This document shows positions 1-10,259 of a stretch of 64,000 nucleotides of DNA, piece after piece (within the stretch, counting starts at the first letter, position 1; every line of letters begins with the position of its first letter). The DNA comes from Barthelona sp. PCE (lineage: Eukaryota), in assembly GCA_040285745.1 (NCBI GenBank), contig JAUFOR010000005.1, positions 310,001 through 374,000 on the forward strand, written 5' to 3'. The translations under genes were made by a program, and so were the position numbers. Under the pieces are notes generated by a model that ran no database searches, was not told where the DNA came from, and was given only the letters and a program-made list of their open reading frames with translations.

Positions 1-875
1 GTGCAGTTTTTGAATGTGCTGTCAGCTTCAAAAGTGGGTAAATCATTGTAAGCCTGGTTCATCATACCTTCCTCAAACTCTTCAAACAACAATCCTGTGA
101 TGTTGTACAAATTTTTGAACTGCTCATTAAGAGAATATGTGGTGCCCATAATGATGTTATCAAGCCACTTAATTGACAGTAGATTGAGACATCTTTCAAG
201 CATAGTGCAAAATGGAGGTCTTCCATGCACGCTTTCGAATTCTTCATCAGAAATTAGAGATACAACGACATATGTGCCATGCTTGGCGGCCTCTTCAATA
301 AGACTAACACCTCCGGGAGTCAAAAATTCGAATGAACCATGCACGACAATAACAGAATCTTCATTGGTTGCTTCACGACATGCATTACCACTTAGAGAAG
401 CAAAACGAGCAGAGAATGCAGTAAATCCGACACCAGAGCTCCAGAAAGAAGCCGAATCATCCATGTTAAGGATTCTTGATAGAAGGTTACTTGTCGATAT
501 CCCATTCGTTCTTGGGAAAGTACGGAACCGACCAGCTCTCTTTGCAATACTGTAGCAATCAGTCCCGTCATCGGCAGCGAGGACAAGATCGTCTCCATGA
601 GCAGCAAAAGCACAGTTGTGCTGGTCAAGAATATTAAGGGACAGATTCCAGGGTGCTCCGGGTACAACTTCGTCTACGTGGCGCGTGGAGCTGAAAATAT
701 ATGCTCTTTCATCCAGAGTCATGACAGTAGGACCCTTCTTGCGCAAGATAGTAGCATCATCATGGATACCTACATACAGCTTGTTATTAGGGTCAAGCTG
801 CTTGGCTTTGTAGCAACTAAGGAAGTGCCCGTAGTGGGGACAGTCAAAACAACCATCTAAGTATGTACCGTTCAT
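1..875 (-). CDS. PCYT2: Ethanolamine-phosphate cytidylyltransferase (two CT domains), 3' end beyond the window
   Basis: Absent from the ORF track because the frame runs off the window. Manual translation from ATG 875: MNGTYLDGCFDCPHYGH...VGIHDD...KKGPTVMTLDERA...VDEVVPGAPW...AHGDD...RTNGISTSNLLSRIL, then a second CT-like domain. Confidence 0.9.
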   Translation of the reverse strand, partial: MNGTYLDGCFDCPHYGHFLSCYKAKQLDPNNKLYVGIHDDATILRKKGPTVMTLDERAYIFSSTRHVDEVVPGAPWNLSLNILDQHNCAFAAHGDDLVLAADDGTDCYSIAKRAGRFRTFPRTNGISTSNLLSRILNMDDSASFWSSGVGFTAFSARFASLSGNACREATNEDSVIVVHGSFEFLTPGGVSLIEEAAKHGTYVVVSLISDEEFESVHGRPPFCTMLERCLNLLSIKWLDNIIMGTTYSLNEQFKNLYNITGLLFEEFEEGMMNQAYNDLPTFEADSTFKNC

Positions 876-1439
876 TTAGAAAAGGAAATGATAGTAAATG
901 CGGATCCTCATTCTTTCACAGGAGTATGTATGCTCAAATATGAATAAACGACTGGTTCAAATGCTTTTAGTAACGAGTTCAGAGGACACGTATGCATAAT
1001 GAAAATGTAATTGCTATTTTAATCAGTTGTTTGTTTTCTTGAGGATATACCAGCTTTTGCACACTTGATGTTTCGTTTAATGTGCGGCAAACTACATTAT
1101 GCGAGTGTTAGAATTAGTAACCATTATCGTGTATTTTGTTCAGTTTTTGAAACTAATATTGTTTTCAATGGATTTATATCAGTGAAAAAAAAGATGTTAG
1201 AGGAGTATATATCCACATTTGTGGAAAGTAGAGTTTTTCCAATTTTTTTTTTGCTTATAGTGATGTTGAGGTACTTTCAGACACGTAAAATACTTAGTTT
1301 TCAGGATGGCCAATTGGTGGGAACATTACATAGAATGAGCACTTTGAAGGATCAATGACAAACTACTTTTTCACTTCTTTCACTGTGACATTTCATTTTC
1401 CTTCTTTAAAACCCACACACATTCTTTTTATTCATCCAG

Positions 1440-1982
1440 ATGAACGCTCCCTCGTATAAAACAGCAGTGGTTTTAATTCCAGACCAAATTGCTCAAAATC
1501 GGATTAATGAGATCCGTGCCGTACATGACTCATCCAAGATTAATAGATGGATGCCTCATGTCACTTTGGCTTATCCTTTCAGATCTGAAGAACAGTTTGA
1601 CGATGATTTATATCAGAAACTTCAAACCATTGCCGATTCTGTGGATGCTTTTACATGTAACCACGGTGAAATCGGGTCATTCAGACGTGCAGGAATTGTG
1701 TATTCCAACCCTTCTAATAGGGGACCTATTAAGGCTATCATGAAGGCTATTGTTCGTACTTTCCCTCGATACAACAACCAGAAGCGTGGTGGACGCTTCA
1801 CCCCTCACATGACAATCGGTTCTAAGGTGGATGATGTTGATATGGTAATTGCTGAGGTTCAGGGTCAGCTTGATGAAGTTAACAACCATTACACAGGATT
1901 TCATTTAATCGCCCGTGGCGATGATACACCTTTCCGTATCGTAAGGACTTTCTATTTCGGTGGAAACGTTCCTCAAGAATAA
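1440..1982 (+). CDS. 2H phosphoesterase / 2'-5' RNA ligase superfamily protein (LENG9-like)
   Basis: Two HxT motifs (RWMPHVTLAYPF, FTPHMTIG) and N-terminal KTAVVLIP. Confidence 0.8.
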   Translation: MNAPSYKTAVVLIPDQIAQNRINEIRAVHDSSKINRWMPHVTLAYPFRSEEQFDDDLYQKLQTIADSVDAFTCNHGEIGSFRRAGIVYSNPSNRGPIKAIMKAIVRTFPRYNNQKRGGRFTPHMTIGSKVDDVDMVIAEVQGQLDEVNNHYTGFHLIARGDDTPFRIVRTFYFGGNVPQE

Positions 1983-2163
1983 TATGTTGAGTTATGCTCG
2001 CAATTTCACATCCCATGTGTTTTATTTGTGAATTTACTCACAGTTGAACACATGTCTGAACAGTTCAGCTTTCTACAACATCTTTTTCCCTGATATTTCT
2101 TTTATTTTCATCATTTTTTTTCATAATAAAATATTTGTGATTGTGTGTTTATTCAAATTATTG

Positions 2164-5100
2164 CTACACATCAAAAAGTTTGACAATAAGCCTAATTAAT
2201 TTGGAAGCAGGTGAATCATTGCTCAACAACTCAGTAATTGTTACCGATGAACTAGTACAAGCCTCTAACAAAATGTTAACACACTCCCTCAGTTTTCTGA
2301 TGAGTACAGGTACACGAGTATTAGGACAATGTAATTTAATACTGGTATCAGCTTCAAAAACAAGTTTGCCACTGCTTACGCTCAACTTTGACTCTCCAAC
2401 CAATAGAAGACTTAATGGGTGCACAAGGGTGCCATCTCTAATGAATATCTGGCTTGTTTTGAGCTTTTCGTTGAACACAACATGCCTGTAGCTATCCCAA
2501 GTGTTTCCACACAGCACTGATGACGGGTGAATGCGGGCCATACTGCCACGTAGCGAAACAGTTACGGTGTGGTTTTTTGAAATTGACTTCATAAAGCCTA
2601 CGTTGGGGAACATACCCGCAGCGATTACTGTCTTTACGATACTGTTATTGTCAGCAAACAAATTCTCTGCAGCACTTCCAAACGGATCAAGGCGCTTTCT
2701 GCGGTGCATTGGGATGAGTTGCGAATCGCACAGGATGCGATATAATTGATTAGCTTGCTTTTCTATGTTGTTGAGGTTTCCCATACTTAGACAGTATCTC
2801 TGGCAGTACGATCTCTGTCTATTATTCTTCTTTGCCTCTCTGAAACCAAGGAAGACACGGTAGACAGCAATATGATCGCTTAATGCGTTTCCGAAGCGTC
2901 TCTTTGCTGCATTCACTGCATCCTTATTTTTACCATTGTGCATGAACGGTGACTTAGTCTCCAGCGTGGCTGCAATGATGCAGCCTGCATCAACACACAG
3001 TAACAAACAGGAAAAGACCAGCATTTTTGCTAAGCGTAACGATACAGGCAGCCGAATCAAAATTTGTCCCAGACTTGTGAGGGAACCGTCAACGAGCTCT
3101 TCATATTCCCTGATCAGCGATTTCTTCTTGTTACGGAACACAGCATCAGTTATGGCACCATAAGCTTGTAACGTTTCAAGACCACTAGCTATAGACCTTG
3201 ACTGAGGTGGTTCAATCATCCTTGAAAGAAGTTCAGTTGAGAATCCCATGCTACGGATCTGGAGTATCAATCCTTCAAGCGGTACTCGCTGAATTTCAGG
3301 GAGCTGCTGTCTTCTAAGATTGTCAAATTCTGGCAGACTCACAAGACCAAAATACATACCTTCCATGACACGGCCTGCACGACCGAGTCTCTGTAGAACA
3401 TTTGCTTGTGACACCTTGGCCTCGACCAGAGACGGAGTCTTGCTTGTTGAATCGTACCTGAGCTCCTTGTGACGACAACTGTCCACAACGAATGATATGT
3501 CCGGGATTGTGAGTGAAGATTCAGCTACGTTTGTACTCAAAACAATCTTCCTTCTATTAGATCGTCTGAAAATGGATTGCTGTGTTGCTGAATCAAATGA
3601 ACCGTGTAGCTTGAACACTTCCACTTCATCGGATGATAACAATCCACCAAGTTCTCCATAAATCTCGTTAATACTCTCCAAACCTGGGAGAAAACATAGA
3701 ATACCACCGCCAACTTCAGTTAGCTCAAACTCACCGTGAATGTGGGCAATAAGCCTGCTGATGATGTACACGGCAGTCTTTGACCGCTCGATCCTACCGG
3801 GCCAACTAGTAATAAAGTCGATAGTATCGTAAGAGTAACCATCAAACAATTGCTCCAATTCCTCCTCTTTTTTCAAATCAAATAAGAGATCCTGACCGTT
3901 CATGGGGTTGACGTGTCCGTTTTTAACCTCAACAATATCTCCACTTGTGAAACCCATCGTCTCAACAATGTCCTCAAGGTAAAAGCGTTCAACGGGGAAA
4001 GCTCGACCCTCGACTTCGCACAATGCTGGATCAAAATCAGAGAAATAGTCCATGAAGGACCCGGCACTGATCGTGGCACTCATCAGTATCAGCTTCAATT
4101 GTGGTTTTTTGTATAACAAATTCTTGATCAGTACAAGTAACAAATCAATATCAACAGATCTCTCATGGACCTCATCTATGATGACGTGCGACACGTTCTT
4201 CAGCTCCAGATCATCAATTAATCTTCGCAGAACAACACCAACTGTCGCGAATGATAGCCTGGTGTTGCGCGACATCTTACTATCAAGTCTAACCGAGTAA
4301 CCAACCAAGTCACCAACCTTTGTGTTTGTGAGGCTAGCCACACGGTCAGCAATCGATATAGCAGCAATACGTCTTGGTTGGGTGCATACAATATTCGTCT
4401 CACTGCCAAGATCGTTCTTGCATCTATCCTCAAACAGCAACCCGCCCAACAGTGTAGACTTTCCTGAACCAGTTTCTGCTGTGAGTACGGTGACTCGGTG
4501 GTCGTTTATGGTCTGTACTAGTTCTTCTTTACGTTGATATACAGGTAGTGTCTCGATAGAACGCAGCAATTTTTGATATTTTCTGTCACTTTCCATTGCC
4601 TCAAAGTGGGCCTTAAGCTCATCATTGATCTTATTGTTTTTGTTAGTTCGTGAGCCAAAGTGAGTTCTCACCTTTTTCTTCTTTGTTTGACAATCGATAA
4701 CTTGCTCTCTTAGTTCTCCGGTTAGGCTCATCTTGCTCGTCAGCAGTTCATCAATAGCGCTTTCAATGTCTTCCTGTGTCATCTCAGGCTCAGCTTCTGC
4801 TTTTGCCTCTTCAACAACTTCAGCTTTCGGCATAATAGTCACTAAACCGCAATCTTTCAGCAAATCAAAAGAGATCATCGATGATAGAATACCAATACAT
4901 GACATACCACCCTGTACCATCTGTAGTAAAGTTATGTGAAGTTTGCGTAAAACAGTTTTGGGAACGATATTGCATTTGATCACAAAGGACGGTGGCTCAA
5001 ATGGGTAATATGTGGAAGGGAACTTTGGTACCTTAACTATAACACGGAAGAAATAACGTTGCGTTTTTTTGTTAGGATCTACTACCATGTGGGAAAATTC

Positions 5101-5847
5101 CATTTTGTTTCCTTTTTTTTTATAATGCTTACCATGAATCGACTTCAACGAGTCAAATTCCATTGTATTCATCTCTTCTGCCATCTGTTGATCTACACAA
5201 GTGGCATCAATTTCTTGAAAATCAGGAATAATCATCATATTTCTTAAAAATGCATTTCTAGGTGATTTTAATCCGAATTCAACCTCCTCTGCTGTGAAAT
5301 AGTCCTGGGCAAAGAGTTCATTGTCCTCTTCAAAAGATATTGTCTCACCCTTTTGTAAAGTTTGCACTGTAGAAACGGTTTCGATCTCTTCCATACCTCC
5401 TATCACTTCAAACGGTAATTCATTGTTGTTAATATAAAGGAAATTCAGAACAGTCTTTAATAATTCACGTGATGAATGCGTTTTATCCACAAAAAATGCT
5501 GGATGTGATAAAAATTTAACAAGAATATCTCTATCCTCTTCAGGTACGTTGTGCTCGATGACATACTCTACTATCTCATTAAAATGATCTGTATCCTTCA
5601 ATAAAATGAGAGTATCCTCAGAAGAAACCTGGCCTCCAGAGTTGTCCAAACCGCCCAAGTGTTCCTTGAGAAGCTTCTCCACAGTGCAATCAATGGAAAA
5701 AGGTACAGAATCTGGTTCTGGTTTTCTTTCTTTCTGTTTCTGCTTTTTTGCCCTATTTCTAGCTAAATATCGTAGTCTCTTTGCCTTTTTGAGGTGCTCC
5801 TTAGCTTTGTTCGAAAGCCCCTTCTTTCGTTTACGCTTTGCCGGCAT
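2164..5847 (-). CDS. DEAH-box RNA helicase, DHX57/DHX29/DHX36-like, with probable RWD domain
   Basis: AETGSGKST, TQPRRIAA, DEVHER, MSAT, STNVAESSLTI, QRLGRAGR, HA2 region (SDH) and OB-fold tail (IHPSSV); YPFEPP RWD-like motif upstream. Confidence 0.92.
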   Translation of the reverse strand: MPAKRKRKKGLSNKAKEHLKKAKRLRYLARNRAKKQKQKERKPEPDSVPFSIDCTVEKLLKEHLGGLDNSGGQVSSEDTLILLKDTDHFNEIVEYVIEHNVPEEDRDILVKFLSHPAFFVDKTHSSRELLKTVLNFLYINNNELPFEVIGGMEEIETVSTVQTLQKGETISFEEDNELFAQDYFTAEEVEFGLKSPRNAFLRNMMIIPDFQEIDATCVDQQMAEEMNTMEFDSLKSIHGKHYKKKGNKMEFSHMVVDPNKKTQRYFFRVIVKVPKFPSTYYPFEPPSFVIKCNIVPKTVLRKLHITLLQMVQGGMSCIGILSSMISFDLLKDCGLVTIMPKAEVVEEAKAEAEPEMTQEDIESAIDELLTSKMSLTGELREQVIDCQTKKKKVRTHFGSRTNKNNKINDELKAHFEAMESDRKYQKLLRSIETLPVYQRKEELVQTINDHRVTVLTAETGSGKSTLLGGLLFEDRCKNDLGSETNIVCTQPRRIAAISIADRVASLTNTKVGDLVGYSVRLDSKMSRNTRLSFATVGVVLRRLIDDLELKNVSHVIIDEVHERSVDIDLLLVLIKNLLYKKPQLKLILMSATISAGSFMDYFSDFDPALCEVEGRAFPVERFYLEDIVETMGFTSGDIVEVKNGHVNPMNGQDLLFDLKKEEELEQLFDGYSYDTIDFITSWPGRIERSKTAVYIISRLIAHIHGEFELTEVGGGILCFLPGLESINEIYGELGGLLSSDEVEVFKLHGSFDSATQQSIFRRSNRRKIVLSTNVAESSLTIPDISFVVDSCRHKELRYDSTSKTPSLVEAKVSQANVLQRLGRAGRVMEGMYFGLVSLPEFDNLRRQQLPEIQRVPLEGLILQIRSMGFSTELLSRMIEPPQSRSIASGLETLQAYGAITDAVFRNKKKSLIREYEELVDGSLTSLGQILIRLPVSLRLAKMLVFSCLLLCVDAGCIIAATLETKSPFMHNGKNKDAVNAAKRRFGNALSDHIAVYRVFLGFREAKKNNRQRSYCQRYCLSMGNLNNIEKQANQLYRILCDSQLIPMHRRKRLDPFGSAAENLFADNNSIVKTVIAAGMFPNVGFMKSISKNHTVTVSLRGSMARIHPSSVLCGNTWDSYRHVVFNEKLKTSQIFIRDGTLVHPLSLLLVGESKLSVSSGKLVFEADTSIKLHCPNTRVPVLIRKLRECVNILLEACTSSSVTITELLSNDSPASKLIRLIVKLFDV

Positions 5848-5981
5848 ACGAAATTTGTGTAAAAGGATTTAAAAGGAATTATAGGCGCAGGTGTTTTAAA
5901 AGAAGGAGACGGTTCAACGGCCTTTTACAAACATGTCTCAAAAATTCGTTTTCTGATTTTTACCTTTTTTAAAGCCTTTTC

Positions 5982-8900
5982 ATGTTTATTTTCATGCAAA
6001 AAAGCGTATTTTTAACATTTATTTTGTTATATGGGCTCTCTTTAATGTGCTTAACTTATGCTTATGACTCATTCAGTTGTGATTACGATTTGCCCGATGA
6101 TTTAGGTTGTAACGAGCATAGTGGTGGTATTCCATCCTTTTGCCACAAACAGAACCCCACATCCGTTCCAACACCCTTCATTAAACGCTCTACTCTTTCT
6201 GTTCATTCAACGGCTGATGTTCGTGAGGAATGGGACACCGATGATGAGCTTTATTCATTGAGCACTGCTACGATCAAAGCTGTACCGTTAGAAATCGATA
6301 CATTATTTGAAAGTGCAAGGCGATATATTGCAATGTTACAAATTGAGAGCAGAGTCGTGATTTATGATTACAACAATGACAACAGAGCTGCCAGAAAGAT
6401 GTTTGTTGAAAAGATGGATCACATGGATAGTGCAATAATCGAGTTTGATCTTCATGTTTTAACATCTTATTTAATGGTTTCAAGTTCTAATGCCTCAATA
6501 ACATACTTTTATAGAGTTGAGCTGGATGGGCGCATGACGAAACTGAAAACAGTCGGTACAACATGCACACGACTTCGGGGAATGAGACACGACGACGACG
6601 CATTAGTTTTTATGTTCTGCGATGATCGAACTCTTTTATCCACCAATGAAGGTAGCTTTGTTGACATTGGAGACGCGGAGCGCGTTGTTGACGATGTGTA
6701 CAGGCAAGGTACAGGAATCGGAAAAGGTGCAACAATCATTGGTAATGCAGGAGATGCCTCTTCTCATCAACTTTTATATCTTGTTTACAACACAAGCAAA
6801 CGGTGCTCGTACGTGACCCACGACATGTCCGCCACGCATGACTACTCGTGTGTGACGCGTGACAGAGGTCGTTTAAGCGGAGAGTACCTCAATCGTGTTC
6901 CAGTTCGAAAGCTTAATGATGCTTTCCCTAATCAGCCTGTGTTTATTGTTTCGGTCAACAGCAGTCATGTGATTTCGACACCAGTCTTTGGGTATGCAGG
7001 ATTTACCGACGCTGCATTCAAGAATTGTCCGGATGATTTTTGGCCGCGTTTGAATGGTGGTGGCGTGTTATGTAGTGTTCGCCGCAGTTTTTCTGTCATG
7101 TTCAACAACATCAGTGATACGGAGTCGATCTTAGATTTCGATATTGGCGAGGTTCTATTCCCTGAATATGATTTCTCACGGGCTTATGCATTTGCAGCAG
7201 AGACTCTTGATCCAGTAGTCCCCAAGAACCAGTTATGGCAGAAGTACTTCAAAACCGGATATAGAACAACGGTTGTTGTCGTTACGAGAACAAGGATCCA
7301 TTTCGTCGGAATTCAAGCAAAGGTTTGTGATATGATCGAACAACATGTTCGTGTTCTGGGCGTTTCCACGGTCGCATTCATGCCCCTTTCAGTGAAGATG
7401 ACACCCAATACACATTTTGTCTTTGTTGCAATGCGTCAAATTAGACACATGGCCATTGCTGAGTCTCGCATCAACACAATTTGTCAGGTTCTGGATGACG
7501 ACCCCCTCAATGTGTTCCTTCAAGTATTTAGAGACACATGCGACAGTTATTCAAAACCTGATATTTATTATCACCTCGGCCTTGTCTCTAAATGCATCGG
7601 GTCGAGTTACTGTGACTCGTTCGTTGATAGGCGTATCGTTAGCCCGCCCGGGGGATACTACCTGGCTTCTCCCGGTGCAAAGAAAGCATGTCCATCGGGT
7701 TACTATTGCTCAGGTGGAAGCCGGCGACGTTGCTCTGTGGGTACAATATGCCCCAACGAGCGTATGTCATCACCTGATGTTTGTGATTTCACTCTCCCAA
7801 AGAATTTGACTTGTGCAGCTACAGGCCTCAAGGAGCCTAAGGAGTGTCCTGATGGTTTTGTGTGCTTGGCTCCTTATCTCGATCCGATCCCTGCACCAGC
7901 AGGATACTTTGCACAAAACGGAACACTGGAGTTATGTACAAACGGTAGTTATTGTCCGCTGGGTCTGAATGAGAGCTTCCCCTGTCCTGCAGGAACGTAC
8001 TGTAGCCATGTGCGGCGTGTGACACCAAAGTTTTGCAGTCTGGGCGACTACTGCCCTGACGGTTCTGTTGACAACGTTGATTGCCCGGCAGGATTCATGT
8101 GTTTAGATCCAACAAAGGCGGAAAACTGCACAAGTGGTTATCACTGCCCCAACGCGTCCATTATTGAGAGTTATTGCCAGCCAGGTTACTACTGCCCAAC
8201 ACCAGCTGAAGAACTGGACTGTCCTGAGGGTTATTATTGCCGCACTGCTTCAACTAAGCCGAAGAAGTGCCCATTTTATGCGTCTTGTCCGAAAAACAGT
8301 TTTACACCAAGCGCCACATTTTTTGGTTTTGTTTTAGAAGCCATCATTGCTACTGCATTTCTTCTTATGATTTACTTGGTATTACAATTGCCTAAAATAT
8401 TCAAACCCGATATATCTGAGATTGCAACTCAAAGACCTCGTCGTCAAGGTTATCCTATTGTTATCAATAATCTACAAGTTTGTTTGAACAGAAAGCGATT
8501 CCCAACGATATTACACCCAATGTCGATGGTTTTCCCTAATAACTGCCTTACGTGCATCATGGGATGTTCTGGAGCAGGAAAGACAACATTATTAAATTTC
8601 ATCGTCGATAAACTAAACAGAAGTGTGTATGAATTCGATGACAGTTGTTTGAATCATCGTATTTCTCGTTCAGAGATCGGTTACGTACCACAGGAGAATA
8701 TCGTGCACCCAGAACTCACTGTTCGTCAGATGCTGTTATTTTCTGCAAAACTTCGTCTTCCACGTGGAACTTCTATGAAGGAGATTCAAACAATCGTCAA
8801 TGATGTATTACACACGCTCCGCCTTGAGGGATGCGCTGATACTGTGTGCGGGAGTGTGCAAAAGAAGACGTTAAGTGGAGGTCAACTTCGCCGTGTTGTT

Positions 8901-10220
8901 ATTGGATGTGAACTCGTCACATTACCACGTGTTCTTGTTGGAGACGAGGTCACAAGCGGTTTGGATTCGTTTGCTGCGCTTGAAATCATGAGATGTCTAA
9001 AGCGAATTAGCATGCAAGGAATCACAGTTATTACAACTCTACATCAACCACGGTTTGAGATTCTAAAGCTCACTGACAGGCTTGTTCTTCTGAGTCAGGG
9101 TGGATATTTGATCTATGATGATGATACAAGCAAGGCTCTTGAGTATTTTGAAACTATTCCACCAATACAGTTTAAATGCCCAAAACATTGTAACCCTGCT
9201 GACTTCTATCTTGACATTGCATCGTGCGAGAAATGCGAGTCTACTCCGTTCCCAATAATGGGTACAACTTTGGCTCAGCTCTGGCAACAACACAGCCATC
9301 AAAACTATGAAACAATAGCTCGCTCGCTCAGTTCTTACCCCAAACCATCCGTGCGCAAGCTGCCAACCCGCCTGCGACAGTTCATTGTAATGATGCACAA
9401 ATCACTTATTCAGGTGTTTAAGAAGCGTAGCGATATGGTTTTAAATTTCGTTTTCTTGCTTTTTTCTGCTTTTATTATGGGTATTGTTGTGCTGGGCGAG
9501 GGAGACTTCATCGGTCCGCTTCCTGATATTGTTGTTGACAAGTGTCCTGGTCCGCTTAAATTTGTTTGTTCGTTACCCCGTAAGGACCCCTTCTACACAT
9601 TCACAACGTGTTTCGTTCTGGCAGCACCATTCATTGGCGTCGTATTCGGCACGCGTACTTTTGCAACAGAAAGCGTGATTATGAAACAGCGATGCCAAAG
9701 TGGCGTTTCTGTCTTTGCGTATTGGTTGGCCAAAAACATCATTCATTCCATCGAGCTGCTCTTCTTCACGCTTGTCTTTGTTATATTGATTGATAGTATC
9801 ACAGGTACTGATATGGAATTGCAGGATACAGTGTTGTTATACTACGGACTTATATTTACTTTCGCTGGTATCGGATATACGATGAGTTTTGTGTTTAGTG
9901 AAGCAGTGAATAATCTCGCAAGTGTGGTTAGTGTTATTCTATCATATGTAACAAGTGGTATGCAACCCCCACGTCATTTTTATGTCGAACATAATCTGCT
10001 GTATGTACTGTATTTCACACCTTTGTATTCATGTATCAATTTGTTGGGTAAATTGTACATGGATGTGATACCAAAGGACGTCGATATTGGATCTTTCGTT
10101 ACTATTCACTCGCTTAACCTAGAAGATATTGGGTTTTACTGGTGGCAGATGACTGCACATGCTGTAGGACACCGTATTCTATCGCTCATTGTGTTGCAAT
10201 TTACAATTAGACGTAAATAA
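5982..10220 (+). CDS. ABCG half-transporter with large Cys-rich extracellular N-terminus
   Basis: Signal peptide, repeated CPxGxYC units, one TM helix, then NBD (GCSGAGKTT, LSGGQ, VGDEVTSGLDS, TLHQP, NPADF) and a C-terminal TM domain. Confidence 0.9.
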   Translation: MFIFMQKSVFLTFILLYGLSLMCLTYAYDSFSCDYDLPDDLGCNEHSGGIPSFCHKQNPTSVPTPFIKRSTLSVHSTADVREEWDTDDELYSLSTATIKAVPLEIDTLFESARRYIAMLQIESRVVIYDYNNDNRAARKMFVEKMDHMDSAIIEFDLHVLTSYLMVSSSNASITYFYRVELDGRMTKLKTVGTTCTRLRGMRHDDDALVFMFCDDRTLLSTNEGSFVDIGDAERVVDDVYRQGTGIGKGATIIGNAGDASSHQLLYLVYNTSKRCSYVTHDMSATHDYSCVTRDRGRLSGEYLNRVPVRKLNDAFPNQPVFIVSVNSSHVISTPVFGYAGFTDAAFKNCPDDFWPRLNGGGVLCSVRRSFSVMFNNISDTESILDFDIGEVLFPEYDFSRAYAFAAETLDPVVPKNQLWQKYFKTGYRTTVVVVTRTRIHFVGIQAKVCDMIEQHVRVLGVSTVAFMPLSVKMTPNTHFVFVAMRQIRHMAIAESRINTICQVLDDDPLNVFLQVFRDTCDSYSKPDIYYHLGLVSKCIGSSYCDSFVDRRIVSPPGGYYLASPGAKKACPSGYYCSGGSRRRCSVGTICPNERMSSPDVCDFTLPKNLTCAATGLKEPKECPDGFVCLAPYLDPIPAPAGYFAQNGTLELCTNGSYCPLGLNESFPCPAGTYCSHVRRVTPKFCSLGDYCPDGSVDNVDCPAGFMCLDPTKAENCTSGYHCPNASIIESYCQPGYYCPTPAEELDCPEGYYCRTASTKPKKCPFYASCPKNSFTPSATFFGFVLEAIIATAFLLMIYLVLQLPKIFKPDISEIATQRPRRQGYPIVINNLQVCLNRKRFPTILHPMSMVFPNNCLTCIMGCSGAGKTTLLNFIVDKLNRSVYEFDDSCLNHRISRSEIGYVPQENIVHPELTVRQMLLFSAKLRLPRGTSMKEIQTIVNDVLHTLRLEGCADTVCGSVQKKTLSGGQLRRVVIGCELVTLPRVLVGDEVTSGLDSFAALEIMRCLKRISMQGITVITTLHQPRFEILKLTDRLVLLSQGGYLIYDDDTSKALEYFETIPPIQFKCPKHCNPADFYLDIASCEKCESTPFPIMGTTLAQLWQQHSHQNYETIARSLSSYPKPSVRKLPTRLRQFIVMMHKSLIQVFKKRSDMVLNFVFLLFSAFIMGIVVLGEGDFIGPLPDIVVDKCPGPLKFVCSLPRKDPFYTFTTCFVLAAPFIGVVFGTRTFATESVIMKQRCQSGVSVFAYWLAKNIIHSIELLFFTLVFVILIDSITGTDMELQDTVLLYYGLIFTFAGIGYTMSFVFSEAVNNLASVVSVILSYVTSGMQPPRHFYVEHNLLYVLYFTPLYSCINLLGKLYMDVIPKDVDIGSFVTIHSLNLEDIGFYWWQMTAHAVGHRILSLIVLQFTIRRK

Positions 10221-10259
10221 TTTGATTTTTCTGTTAATAAATAAAATAATTACATCATT

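Noticed and set aside
97-860. Plus-strand ORFs 97-555 and 597-860, and minus ORF 392-667
   Set aside because: Antisense or off-frame shadows of the PCYT2 gene.
1065-1358. 97-aa ORF in the divergent intergenic region
   Set aside because: TTG start, AT-rich, no recognisable protein features.
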